Shown here: one piece after another, positions 8,919 to 16,856 of the stretch
How the letters are laid out: the number at the start of each line of letters is the position of its first letter
Numbering within the stretch: position 1 is the first letter of the stretch
Position numbers and translations under genes: made by a program
The notes under the pieces: model-generated
The model's input: the letters and a program-made list of their open reading frames with translations, nothing else
Told to the model about the DNA's origin: nothing
Databases searched by the model: none
From: an uncultured Acidobacteriota bacterium
GTDB taxonomy: Bacteria; Acidobacteriota; UBA6911; RPQK01; JAJDTT01
DNA: 24,000 nucleotides
Direction of reading: 5' to 3'
Assembly (NCBI GenBank): GCA_951812665.1
Contig: CATOST010000029.1
Location: 38,058-62,057, forward strand

Positions 8919-10205
8919 TCAAGAAGACGGGATTGGCGAGGACCTCCGAATCGGTACGTCTCTCACCGGATATCCCTCGTAGATCTGCCGTGGCCGGGCG
9001 ATCTTCTGTTCCCGGTCCCGCGCCAGTTCCTCCCACTGAACCAGCCAGCCAGCCGTTCTGGCCAGAGCGAAGAGCACGGTGGACATGGAAGAAGGGAAGC
9101 CGAGAGCCTGGTAGATCAGGCCGGAATAGAAGTCGACGTTGGGATAGAGCTTTCGCGAGATGAAGTAGTCGTCCTGCAGGGCGATCCTCTCCAGCTCAAG
9201 CGCCACCTCCAGCATGGGATCGGAACCGGTCACTTCGAAAACCTCGTGGGCCAGTTGCTTGATGATCTTGGCCCTGGGATCGTAGTTCTTGTAGATGCGG
9301 TGCCCGAATCCCATGAGACGGAGTTCGCCTCCCTTGACCCGCTGCACGTGCCCGGGCACCCGGTCCTTGGATCCGATCGACTCCAGCATGCGGATGACTG
9401 CTTCGTTCGCTCCTCCATGAAGGGGCCCGGACAGGGCGCCGATGGAGGCGGCCGTCGTCAGGTACGGGTCGCACTGGGAACTGCCGACGCCTCTCATGGC
9501 GCTGGTGCTGCAGTTCTGTTCGTGGTCGGCATGAAGGATGAACAGAGCGTCCATCGCCTTCTCGAACACGGGTTCCGGCGCCCGGTCGAACGCCATCTGC
9601 AGAAAGCTTCCGGCGTAGGAGAGCCCGCCCGCGTCCTGGGTAAGGGGCAAGCCCTGGAGGCGTCGGAAGAGCTGGGCCGACAGGGCCGGGACCTTGGCCA
9701 GGAGCCGATGGATCTGGAGCAGGCGCACCTCCGGGTCCAGAACGGTACGGGCGTCGGGATAGAAGTTGGAGAGGGCGGCCACCCCCGTCGCCAGCATGGC
9801 CATGGGAAAGCCCCCGGGGGGAAAGCTCTGAATCAGTCGCAGGACGGCCGGCGGCAACTCGGCATGCTTCCGAATGTCACCGTTCCATCGATGGAACTCG
9901 GCCTCGTCCGGAAGCTCGCCATACAGGAGCAGGTATGCGACCTCAAGGTGGCTGTACTCGCCCACCAGCTGTTCTATGGGGTAGCCTCGATAGCGCAGGA
10001 TGCCCTTGTCTCCGTCGATATAGGTGATCGTGCTCCGGCAGGAGGCCGTGTTGAGGAACGAAGGATCGTAGGCCATGAGACCGAAGTCGTTCTCCGATGT
10101 CTTGATCTGGCGAAGCTCTATGGCGCGAATGGTACCGTCCGAGACAGCCAGGTCGTACTGTTTACCGGTCCGGTTATCGGTAATGGATAGGCTCTCGTCG
10201 GGCAT
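8919..10205 (-). CDS. gltA: Citrate synthase (type II, 428 aa)
   Basis: The match runs along the full length: 'ITYIDGDKGILRYRGYPIEQL', 'LLYGELP', 'ILHADHEQNCSTS', 'GPLHGGANE' and 'GFGHRIYKNYDPRA'. Confidence 0.95.
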   Translation of the reverse strand: MPDESLSITDNRTGKQYDLAVSDGTIRAIELRQIKTSENDFGLMAYDPSFLNTASCRSTITYIDGDKGILRYRGYPIEQLVGEYSHLEVAYLLLYGELPDEAEFHRWNGDIRKHAELPPAVLRLIQSFPPGGFPMAMLATGVAALSNFYPDARTVLDPEVRLLQIHRLLAKVPALSAQLFRRLQGLPLTQDAGGLSYAGSFLQMAFDRAPEPVFEKAMDALFILHADHEQNCSTSAMRGVGSSQCDPYLTTAASIGALSGPLHGGANEAVIRMLESIGSKDRVPGHVQRVKGGELRLMGFGHRIYKNYDPRAKIIKQLAHEVFEVTGSDPMLEVALELERIALQDDYFISRKLYPNVDFYSGLIYQALGFPSSMSTVLFALARTAGWLVQWEELARDREQKIARPRQIYEGYPVRDVPIRRSSPIPSS

Positions 10206-10472
10206 GCTGATTACCTTTTGGCAGGTGCCGGTATTTCTCTGAAGAGACGCTCACGAGACGGTCGAGCCTGGGGAGGCCGCCTGGCAGTGCGCTCTGTGAC
10301 TCCTTCCGGAACGAGGCTATAGGATAGCCAACAGCAAGGCGAAACTCAACGCGCCCGTTCTTCCCTTACCGCGGTAACATCCCCCGAACAGAACAAATTC
10401 ACTACCGACGCCGCATTCCCCGCATCTTCTCTCACTCCTCACTCCTCCTCTTCCTGTTAGACTGGCGCCGGG

Positions 10473-11129
10473 ATGAATCGGTCTGCCGGCCCTCTCGACC
10501 CTCGACCGGTTGCCCGGGCCTTGCCGGTCCCGGTCAACCCCTCATTCTCGAGCCGCCTCTTGAAAATCTGTCTTCCAATCGTGTGTCTGCTGGTTTCCAT
10601 GCCGGCTCTGGAAGCGGGAAGGACGCTACGCATCAGGGGCTCGGACTACTCCTTTCTGGTGACCGAACCCGCGGGCTGGACCATCGACGTCGGGTCGGCG
10701 ATTCAGGTTGCCAATTTCGTCATGCACCCGGAAGGGAGTCAGTGGAGAGAGGCCGACGTCGTCGCCTTCTCCCGGTTCTTCCCCAGGAATCAGGACGAGG
10801 ACCTGGAGAAATTCCTGCAGTCCGAACTGGCCGGGCAGGAGGTTCTCTGTCCGAAACTGGAGATCAGTGACCTTCACTTGGACCTGGAGTTGAATCCGGA
10901 AACCCGCACCCGGCCCAGGGTCGTGGCCAAATCGTGTGATTGTCCGGGCGGCAAGCAGGAGATTATCGCCTTTACCGAGGTCCCGGACTATTTCATCATC
11001 TTCGTCCTCTCGGCCCGGGACGGAGCTTCAGTCTCGGAAGCTCTTCCCATCTTCCGGCAGTTGATCTCGTCGTTCCGCTGGCTGGGCAGACCTCGATCCT
11101 CCGTCGAATTGCTCAGAACCGATCCCTAG
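10473..11129 (+). CDS. Hypothetical secreted protein (218 aa; start uncertain)
   Basis: The only long ORF in this interval carries a signal-peptide-like segment, 'LLKICLPIVCLLVSMPALEAGR'. It has no family motif I recognise. An alternative TTG start at 10560 would put the signal peptide at the N-terminus. Neither start has a clear SD. Confidence 0.6.
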   Translation: MNRSAGPLDPRPVARALPVPVNPSFSSRLLKICLPIVCLLVSMPALEAGRTLRIRGSDYSFLVTEPAGWTIDVGSAIQVANFVMHPEGSQWREADVVAFSRFFPRNQDEDLEKFLQSELAGQEVLCPKLEISDLHLDLELNPETRTRPRVVAKSCDCPGGKQEIIAFTEVPDYFIIFVLSARDGASVSEALPIFRQLISSFRWLGRPRSSVELLRTDP

Positions 11130-11293
11130 GAGCCTGCGCCGCAGAAATTGATCTACTGCGAAAGCGGTAGAATCGGTCCATATTTCCTCGATTTGTCGGC
11201 GAATAGAGCAACTATGCACCTCCAAATCGAGAAAATCTGGCCTCGATTCCCCACTTTCTCGCTACGATCATTTCTACAGCGCAGACTCCTAGG
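11125..11293. mobile_element. MITE-like / large palindromic intergenic element (169 bp, 24-nt terminal inverted repeats, AT-richer structured core)
   Basis: The left arm at 11125-11148 is CCTAGGAGCCTGCGCCGCAGAAAT. The reverse complement of 11270-11293 is CCTAGGAGTCTGCGCTGTAGAAAT. They are 21/24 identical and all mismatches are C/T. The core has no coding potential and contains several hairpins, e.g. CTACTGC-GAAA-GCGGTAG at 11153-11170. A related sequence recurs at 19392-19420. Confidence 0.35.
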
Positions 11294-11306
11294 ACGTCCG
11301 AACCCA

Positions 11307-12683
11307 ATGAGAATCGTCGTGCTTGGCGGTGGAGCGGTCGGCGCCATGGTGGCCCGCCGTCTCGCCCAGGAGAGGAACGACGTCGTCAACGTCGAGCAGC
11401 GCCTGGACCGCTGCGAGCTTTTGGAAGAGAGTCTGGACGCCAAGATCGTCCACGGCAACGCCAGCAGCATCCGCACTCTGGAGCAGGCCGGCATCGGGGA
11501 AGCCGAAATGCTGATCGCCGTCACCAGCAGCGACGAAGCCAACATTCTCGGGTGCCTGATCGCTCACCGGCACTCCAACGTCAAGATCAAGGTGGTGCGC
11601 CTTCGGACCCATGAGGTCTATCGCTGGAAGGAGATCTTCGAGAGCTCTCGCTTGAAGGTGGATCTGGTCATCAACCCCGACCAGGAGACGGCGGAGCGCA
11701 TTCTTCGCGTGATCGGACTGCCGGGCATCTCCGACGTGTTGGAGTTCGCCGAAGGCCGGGTGCGGCTCTTCGGGATGAACCTCGAGCCGGACAGTTGGGT
11801 AGTGGGGAAGAGCATGGCCGAACTGGATCGGAGCTCCCCGCCCAAGAACTCTCTGATGGCGATCATCTTCCGTGGACGGCAGACCTTCATTCCGAGGGGC
11901 GGCGACAGACTTCAGGCTGGAGACCACGTCTACATCGTGGCGCCGGCCGCGGAGACGGAGTCGGTCTTCCGGTTCATGGGAGTCCCACTTCCGAAGCAGG
12001 TGGAGCGGGTCTTCATCGTGGGCGGCAGGCAACTGGGGGTCGAAGCGGCCCTCCGGTTGGAGCGGCAGGGGGTCCACGTCAAGCTCTTCGAGAACGATTT
12101 GGAACGATGCCGAAAGATCTCCACATTGGTCAAAAGCACGGTGGTCGTTCACGGGGATGGGACCGACGAGAGGGTTCTGATCGAAAACGCCGTCGAGGGG
12201 GTCGATGCTTACCTCGCCGTCACGCCTGAATCCGAGGTCAACATCATCGCCTCCCTCCTTTCCAAGAGGCTGGGCGCCCGGAAGGCGGTGGCTCTGGTCA
12301 ATCGTCCGGACTTTCTCCCCCTGGCCCAGCTTCTGGGCATCAACTCCAGTTTCAGCACTCGCGTCGCTGCCGTGGACCGGATTCTCCAGTTCGTCCGCCA
12401 GGGACACGTTCTGTCGGTCACCACGTTTCGGGAGGAGGAAGCGGAAGCCATCGAGCTGCTGGCGACTCCAGGCTCCAAATATGTGGGAAGAAGCCTGCGC
12501 GAGATCCGCATGCCCGCCGGGACCGTGGTGGGCGCCATCAGAAGGTCCTCCGGAGAAGTCCTGGTCCCACGGGGAAACACCGTCATCCAGTCCGGTGACC
12601 GGGTGGTCTTCTTCTGTCTGGAGAGCCTGGTGCCTTATCTGGAGTCTGCCTTTCTGAAGGAACGACGAAGAGGCAGACGTTGA
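11307..12683 (+). CDS. trkA: Trk system K+ uptake protein TrkA (two RCK/NAD-binding modules, 458 aa)
   Basis: 'MRIVVLGGGAVGAMVARRL' is the first Rossmann motif and 'VFIVGGRQLGVEAALRLE' is the second. The tracked ORF start at 11148 runs through the intergenic element and I reject it. Confidence 0.9.
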   Translation: MRIVVLGGGAVGAMVARRLAQERNDVVNVEQRLDRCELLEESLDAKIVHGNASSIRTLEQAGIGEAEMLIAVTSSDEANILGCLIAHRHSNVKIKVVRLRTHEVYRWKEIFESSRLKVDLVINPDQETAERILRVIGLPGISDVLEFAEGRVRLFGMNLEPDSWVVGKSMAELDRSSPPKNSLMAIIFRGRQTFIPRGGDRLQAGDHVYIVAPAAETESVFRFMGVPLPKQVERVFIVGGRQLGVEAALRLERQGVHVKLFENDLERCRKISTLVKSTVVVHGDGTDERVLIENAVEGVDAYLAVTPESEVNIIASLLSKRLGARKAVALVNRPDFLPLAQLLGINSSFSTRVAAVDRILQFVRQGHVLSVTTFREEEAEAIELLATPGSKYVGRSLREIRMPAGTVVGAIRRSSGEVLVPRGNTVIQSGDRVVFFCLESLVPYLESAFLKERRRGRR

Positions 12684-13589
12684 TTCGCTGGTCCAACCTC
12701 CTGCATCTCCTGGGATTCTTTACGCTGGGCCTTTCCCTGGGACTCTTGGGCTGCGTCTGCTTCGCGCTGGCCAACGGAGACGAGGGTCTGACCCCGCTGG
12801 CCGCCTCGCTGGCGGCAGGTGTAATCGCCGGAGTGCTGCTGATCCTCGTGTTTCGGCTCCACTTCAGGGCCCTGAGCCGCCGCGAAGGCTTGCTCCTGGT
12901 TGTGGCCACGTGGCTGATCGCTGCTCTTCTGGGGGCTCTCCCCTTCTATTTTTCTCCCCATTTCCCCAGTTTCACCGATTCGGTCTTCGAGTCGGTCTCC
13001 GGTTTCTCCACCACGGGGGCCACGGTCCTGGCGGACGTGGAGGCCCTTCCGGACAGCCTGCTGCTCTGGCGCTCGTTGACCCACTGGCTGGGCGGGATGG
13101 GCATCATCCTGCTGGGGATCGCCATTCTTCCCCTGATCGGGGCCGGCGGCCGGGAGCTCTACCGGGCCGAGTTCTCGGGAGCCCGTTCGGAACGGCTGAG
13201 GCCCCGAATCGCGGAGACCGCGTTGGCGCTGTGGAAGATCTACATCGCATTCACGCTGGCCTGTTACGCGGCCTTGAGGTTGGCCGGAATGGGGAAATTC
13301 GACGCTCTGTGCCACGCCTTTTCCACACCTGGTCTATCTGGCGTTCCTGGTCAACTTTGCGGCGTGCATGTGTCTTACGGCCCTCGGAATGGACGTGCTC
13401 ACCACCATCTCCGCGGTGGCGGCCTGCATGTTCAACATCGGCCCCGGATTGGGACAAGTCGGCCCTACCGAAAACTACGGCGGACTTCCGGCGGCAGCAA
13501 AATGGGTCCTGAGCATCTGCATGCTGGCCGGCCGGCTCGAGTTCTACACGCTCCTGGTGCTTTTCACGCGGCCCTTCTGGAGGATGTGA
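12680..13589 (+). pseudogene. trkH: trkH (K+ transporter pore subunit) with a large internal deletion and frame change
   Basis: The N-terminal roughly 216 codons are TrkH-like ('FESVSGFSTTGATV', 'WLGGMGIILLGIAILP', 'FDALCHAFST'). After about 13326 the frame yields junk. The canonical TrkH C-terminus ('LTALGMDVLTTISAVAACMFNIGPGLGQVGP...AAKWVLSICMLAGRLEFYTLLVLFTRPFWRM') is in another frame and ends at 13589. The total is about 303 codons, against about 480 in typical TrkH. Confidence 0.8.
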
Positions 13590-13679
13590 CCCCCGCGAGA
13601 CGAGAGCGAATAGCCGGCACCTGAGGGACGATCCGGACCCTGACCGATTCCGGCCGGGCAGCTTGCGGAGCGCGGATTT

Positions 13680-13708
13680 TTGACAGGATCGAGGTTCGCA
13701 AATATACT
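13680..13708 (+). promoter_or_regulatory. Sigma70-type promoter for the rplU-rpmA-obg operon
   Basis: TTGACA (13680-13685), a 17-nt spacer and TATACT (13703-13708) lie about 38 nt upstream of the rplU start, inside an AT-richer patch. Confidence 0.6.
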
Positions 13709-13745
13709 TAGAAACTTCTGAAAACGTCGATCCGGGAGAATCGGT

Positions 13746-14081
13746 TTGTACGCAATCATTCGTAGCGGCGGGAAGCAGTATCGAGTCGCCGAAGGGGACC
13801 GGGTCCGGCTGGAGCGCATCGCCGGAGAAGTGGGCGATGAGGTCAGCCTGGAGGACGTGTTGTTGGTCGGTCATCCGGATTCAACCGAAGTCGGCACCCC
13901 GTTTCTGAGTGACGTCCGCGTCACCGGGACCATCGTCGAGCAGGGTAAGGATCGGAAGGTCACGGTCTTCAAGTTCAAACGCCGCAAGATGTATCGACGC
14001 AAGCAAGGTCATCGCCAGCGCTTCACCGAAGTGGAGATCGGGCCCATTCTGATCGGAGGCGAGAGTCCGGTCCGGGAGTAG
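13746..14081 (+). CDS. rplU: 50S ribosomal protein L21 (TTG start)
   Basis: '[18 protein letters not shown]...[28 protein letters not shown]' is the canonical bL21 sequence. Confidence 0.95.
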   Translation: MYAIIRSGGKQYRVAEGDRVRLERIAGEVGDEVSLEDVLLVGHPDSTEVGTPFLSDVRVTGTIVEQGKDRKVTVFKFKRRKMYRRKQGHRQRFTEVEIGPILIGGESPVRE

Positions 14082-14086
14082 ACACC

Positions 14087-14338
14087 ATGGCACACAAGAA
14101 GGGTTTGGGCAGTTCTCGAAACGGCCGGGACAGCCATTCCAAGCGTCTCGGTGTCAAGCGGTTCGACGGCCAGCTGGTGACGGCCGGGTCGATTCTGGTC
14201 CGCCAGCGGGGGACACCCATCAAGCCCGGCACCAACGTGGGCCGGGGCCGCGACGACACCCTTTTCGCCCTCACGACAGGCAAAGTCCGGTTCCAGCGCC
14301 GGGGACGGCTGGGGCGATTCGTTCACATTATCAGCTAG
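14087..14338 (+). CDS. rpmA: 50S ribosomal protein L27
   Basis: '[43 protein letters not shown]' is the canonical bL27 sequence. Confidence 0.95.
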   Translation: MAHKKGLGSSRNGRDSHSKRLGVKRFDGQLVTAGSILVRQRGTPIKPGTNVGRGRDDTLFALTTGKVRFQRRGRLGRFVHIIS

Positions 14339-14391
14339 CTGCCAGCCCGCAGAATTGCGGAGATCGGACCCTGGATCTCCACTTTGCGTGC

Positions 14392-15393
14392 ATGTTTCTG
14401 GACCACACCAGAGTTTTCGTCAAAGCCGGTGACGGGGGGGACGGTTGCCTGGCGTTTCGCCGGGAGAAATTCGTTCCCCGGGGAGGACCCAGCGGCGGTG
14501 ACGGAGGCGATGGGGGAAACGTCTACTTCCGCAGCACCATCCACCTGAACACCCTGCTGCCGTTCCGCTACAAGCGGGAGTTCAAAGCCGGCAGCGGCGC
14601 TCACGGCTCCGGCTCCCAGCGTCATGGAAAGAAGGGCAAGGATCTGGTCATCGATCTCCCCGTCGGCACTCAGATCTATCTCGAGAGCACGCGCGAGCTC
14701 TGGTTCGATCTGGACCAACCGGGTCTCAATCGTCTGGTGGCCAAGGGCGGCGGGGGCGGGCGCGGCAATGCGGCCTTCGCCACTTCCACCAATCAAGCTC
14801 CCAGAAAGTGGGAACCGGGCAGGGCGGGAGAGGAAAAGCACCTGCTCCTGGAACTCAAGGTACTGGCCGACGTCGGGCTGGTCGGGCTCCCCAACGCCGG
14901 GAAATCGACTCTGATCTCGGTGATCTCCTCGGCTCGCCCCAAGATCGCCGACTACCCTTTCACCACCCTGACGCCCAATCTGGGTACGGTTTGGCTGGAA
15001 GAATTTCGGACCTGCGTCGTTGCCGACATCCCCGGCCTGATCAAGGGCGCCCACGAAGGTCACGGTCTGGGCGACCAGTTTCTGAGGCACATCGAACGCT
15101 GCCGTGTCCTGCTTCATCTGGTGGACGTCACCGACTTCGGTCCGGAGGATCCCGTCATTGCGGTACAGACGGTTCAGGAGGAATTGGCGCTCTACGGGGC
15201 CGCCCTGCCGGCCAAGCCTCAAATGGTGGCGGCTTCGAAGATGGATGCCGCCAACCTGGCAAAGGTGAGGAGGCTCCAGGAGTACTGTTCCCGGGAAAAT
15301 GTTCCCTTTGGCCGGATCTCGTCGGTTCGGGGTGATGGAATCCAGGAATTGAAGCGGTCGTTGGCAGAGCAGTTGGGAGTCGTCAAGGGTTGA
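14392..15393 (+). CDS. obg: GTPase Obg/CgtA (333 aa)
   Basis: The Obg fold is seen in 'FLDHTRVFVKAGDGGDGCLAFRREKFVPRGGPSGGDGGDGGNVYF'. The G-domain motifs are 'GLVGLPNAGKST' and 'DIPGLIKGAHEG'. Confidence 0.95.
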   Translation: MFLDHTRVFVKAGDGGDGCLAFRREKFVPRGGPSGGDGGDGGNVYFRSTIHLNTLLPFRYKREFKAGSGAHGSGSQRHGKKGKDLVIDLPVGTQIYLESTRELWFDLDQPGLNRLVAKGGGGGRGNAAFATSTNQAPRKWEPGRAGEEKHLLLELKVLADVGLVGLPNAGKSTLISVISSARPKIADYPFTTLTPNLGTVWLEEFRTCVVADIPGLIKGAHEGHGLGDQFLRHIERCRVLLHLVDVTDFGPEDPVIAVQTVQEELALYGAALPAKPQMVAASKMDAANLAKVRRLQEYCSRENVPFGRISSVRGDGIQELKRSLAEQLGVVKG

Positions 15394-16052
15394 GGGTCGG
15401 TATTTACGGGGGCACCTTCGACCCTGTCCACCGGGGGCATACTTATATTGCCGACCAGGTTCGGCGCCTGCTGGCGCTGGATCGGGTCCTTCTGATGGTG
15501 TCCCGGCTGCCTCCCCACAAGCCACGGAACGGGGTGGGTGCGCAGCATCACCGCCTGGCCATGGTCGCGCTGGAGACCCTGGAGGAGTCCCACCTGTACG
15601 CTTCCGGCTTCGAGCTCAGGCGCCGCGGACCCAGTTACACCGTCCAGACCATGGCACTCTTGCGCGAGAGCTATCCTCGCCACCGTTTCTGCTTCATCGG
15701 TGGAAGCGACTCGTTGAGGGACATCCATATCTGGAAGAACTATTCGGTCCTCCTGCGGGACAATTGCTGTGTCTTCGTGCAGAGAGCGGGTGCCCGGGTC
15801 GATGCCGCCCGCTTCCCGGAAATCCAGCTGGAGGAGGTCACGGCAGGAGGCTCCTCACGTCCGGAGATCCGGTCGGGACGCTCATTGCTGGTGGACATCG
15901 GAGCGCCCGACATCAGCTCGAGCCAGGTCCGGGAGAGTCTCGCCGGAAAGGGCCGTTCCCTTTCCGGCCAAGTTTCTCCCCAGGTTTTGCAGTACATTCG
16001 GAAATACCATCTCTATGAAGACAACAAGAGAATTGCTGACCCTGGTCTGTGA
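15390..16052 (+). CDS. nadD: Nicotinate-nucleotide adenylyltransferase NadD (TTG start overlapping the obg stop, TTGA)
   Basis: 'VGIYGGTFDPVHRGH' is the (H/T)xGH nucleotidyltransferase motif, and the later 'ISSSQVR' is the ISST-type motif. The position after obg is the conserved one. Confidence 0.9.
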   Translation: MRVGIYGGTFDPVHRGHTYIADQVRRLLALDRVLLMVSRLPPHKPRNGVGAQHHRLAMVALETLEESHLYASGFELRRRGPSYTVQTMALLRESYPRHRFCFIGGSDSLRDIHIWKNYSVLLRDNCCVFVQRAGARVDAARFPEIQLEEVTAGGSSRPEIRSGRSLLVDIGAPDISSSQVRESLAGKGRSLSGQVSPQVLQYIRKYHLYEDNKRIADPGL

Positions 16053-16692
16053 GTCGATTCAAGAAAAGAAGGGAGAGGACGTCCGGGTCGTGGACATCTC
16101 CGAGATCTCCTCTTTCACCGACTTCTTCGTGATCTGCCAGGGGAACAACCAGCGGCAGAATCAGGCGATCTGCGACGAGATCCGGCATCGTCTGAGGAAC
16201 CAGGAGAAGGTCCGGCCCACGCACATCGAGGGGTACGAGGGAGGCGATTGGATTCTCCTGGACTATCTGGACTTCGTGGTCCACATCTTCTCGTTGCGTG
16301 CACGAGCCTTCTACCAATTGGAGAAACTGTGGAGCGACGGCCGCTGCTGGCGCTCACTCCGCAGGCCTGATCCCCGAATTCAGGGGGTCCACAGCTCCCG
16401 ATTGCAACCTTCACAAGGGAACATGAACCTTTTCGGGAGCCTGTCGTATATTGAGTTACACAAAGTAGTGGAGGTTTGGCATGAGATCCAGAGACCTGGA
16501 CTACTTCAAGAAGCAGCTCCTGCAAAAGAAAACCGCACTCATCGACGTCGTCCACAAGGCCGAGAGTTATGGCCGGGAGGTGGAGGCCGAGGGCGAGGCC
16601 ATGGACATGGCGGATCGGGCCTCCAAGTCCTACACCAAAGAGTTCATGTTCAGCCTCAGCAACCTGGAACGGCAATTGATCATTCTGGTTGA
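16015..16692 (+). CDS. rsfS: Ribosome silencing factor RsfS (conserved domain 16015 to about 16341) with an anomalous run-on C-terminal extension
   Basis: 'MKTTRELLTLVCESIQEKKGEDVRVVDISEISSFTDFFVICQGNNQRQNQAICDEI...WILLDYLDFVVHIFSLRARAFYQLEKLWSD' is a complete RsfS/iojap domain of about 109 aa. The frame then stays open for another 116 low-complexity codons and overlaps the dksA-like gene by 212 nt. Confidence 0.75.
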   Translation: MKTTRELLTLVCESIQEKKGEDVRVVDISEISSFTDFFVICQGNNQRQNQAICDEIRHRLRNQEKVRPTHIEGYEGGDWILLDYLDFVVHIFSLRARAFYQLEKLWSDGRCWRSLRRPDPRIQGVHSSRLQPSQGNMNLFGSLSYIELHKVVEVWHEIQRPGLLQEAAPAKENRTHRRRPQGRELWPGGGGRGRGHGHGGSGLQVLHQRVHVQPQQPGTAIDHSG

Positions 16693-16840
16693 GGAGGCCC
16701 TGGAACGAATCCAGGACGGCTCTTATGGTGAGTGCACCCACTGTGGTGAAATCGTGGGGCGCCGGCGGCTGGAGGCTGTGCCCTGGGCACTACTCTGCGT
16801 CCACTGTCAGGAGATGAAAGAGTCGGGCCGACTTTCCTGA
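16481..16840 (+). CDS. dksA: DksA/TraR family C4 zinc-finger RNA polymerase-binding protein (119 aa)
   Basis: The coiled-coil tip motif DxxDxA is present ('AMDMADRAS'). The zinc finger is 'CTHCGEIVGRRRLEAVPWALLCVHC'. A GGAGG sits 7 nt upstream of the ATG. Confidence 0.85.
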   Translation: MRSRDLDYFKKQLLQKKTALIDVVHKAESYGREVEAEGEAMDMADRASKSYTKEFMFSLSNLERQLIILVEEALERIQDGSYGECTHCGEIVGRRRLEAVPWALLCVHCQEMKESGRLS

Positions 16841-16856
16841 CACTCCCCTCGGGGAC

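Noticed and set aside
11145-11176. A sigma70 promoter TTGATC-N14-TAGAAT inside the MITE-like element.
   Set aside because: A 14-nt spacer is outside the functional range for -35/-10 cooperation. I kept it only as a possible -10-driven start and did not annotate it.
11149-11306. A c-di-AMP (ydaO/kimA-type) riboswitch upstream of the K+ uptake genes.
   Set aside because: The location and the alternative hairpins made this tempting. However, I cannot find the conserved pseudo-two-fold motifs of that class, such as the paired GGGGACCCA-type or GUGAAUC-type elements. Only one 'GAATC' is present. A covariance-model scan would be needed for a formal exclusion.
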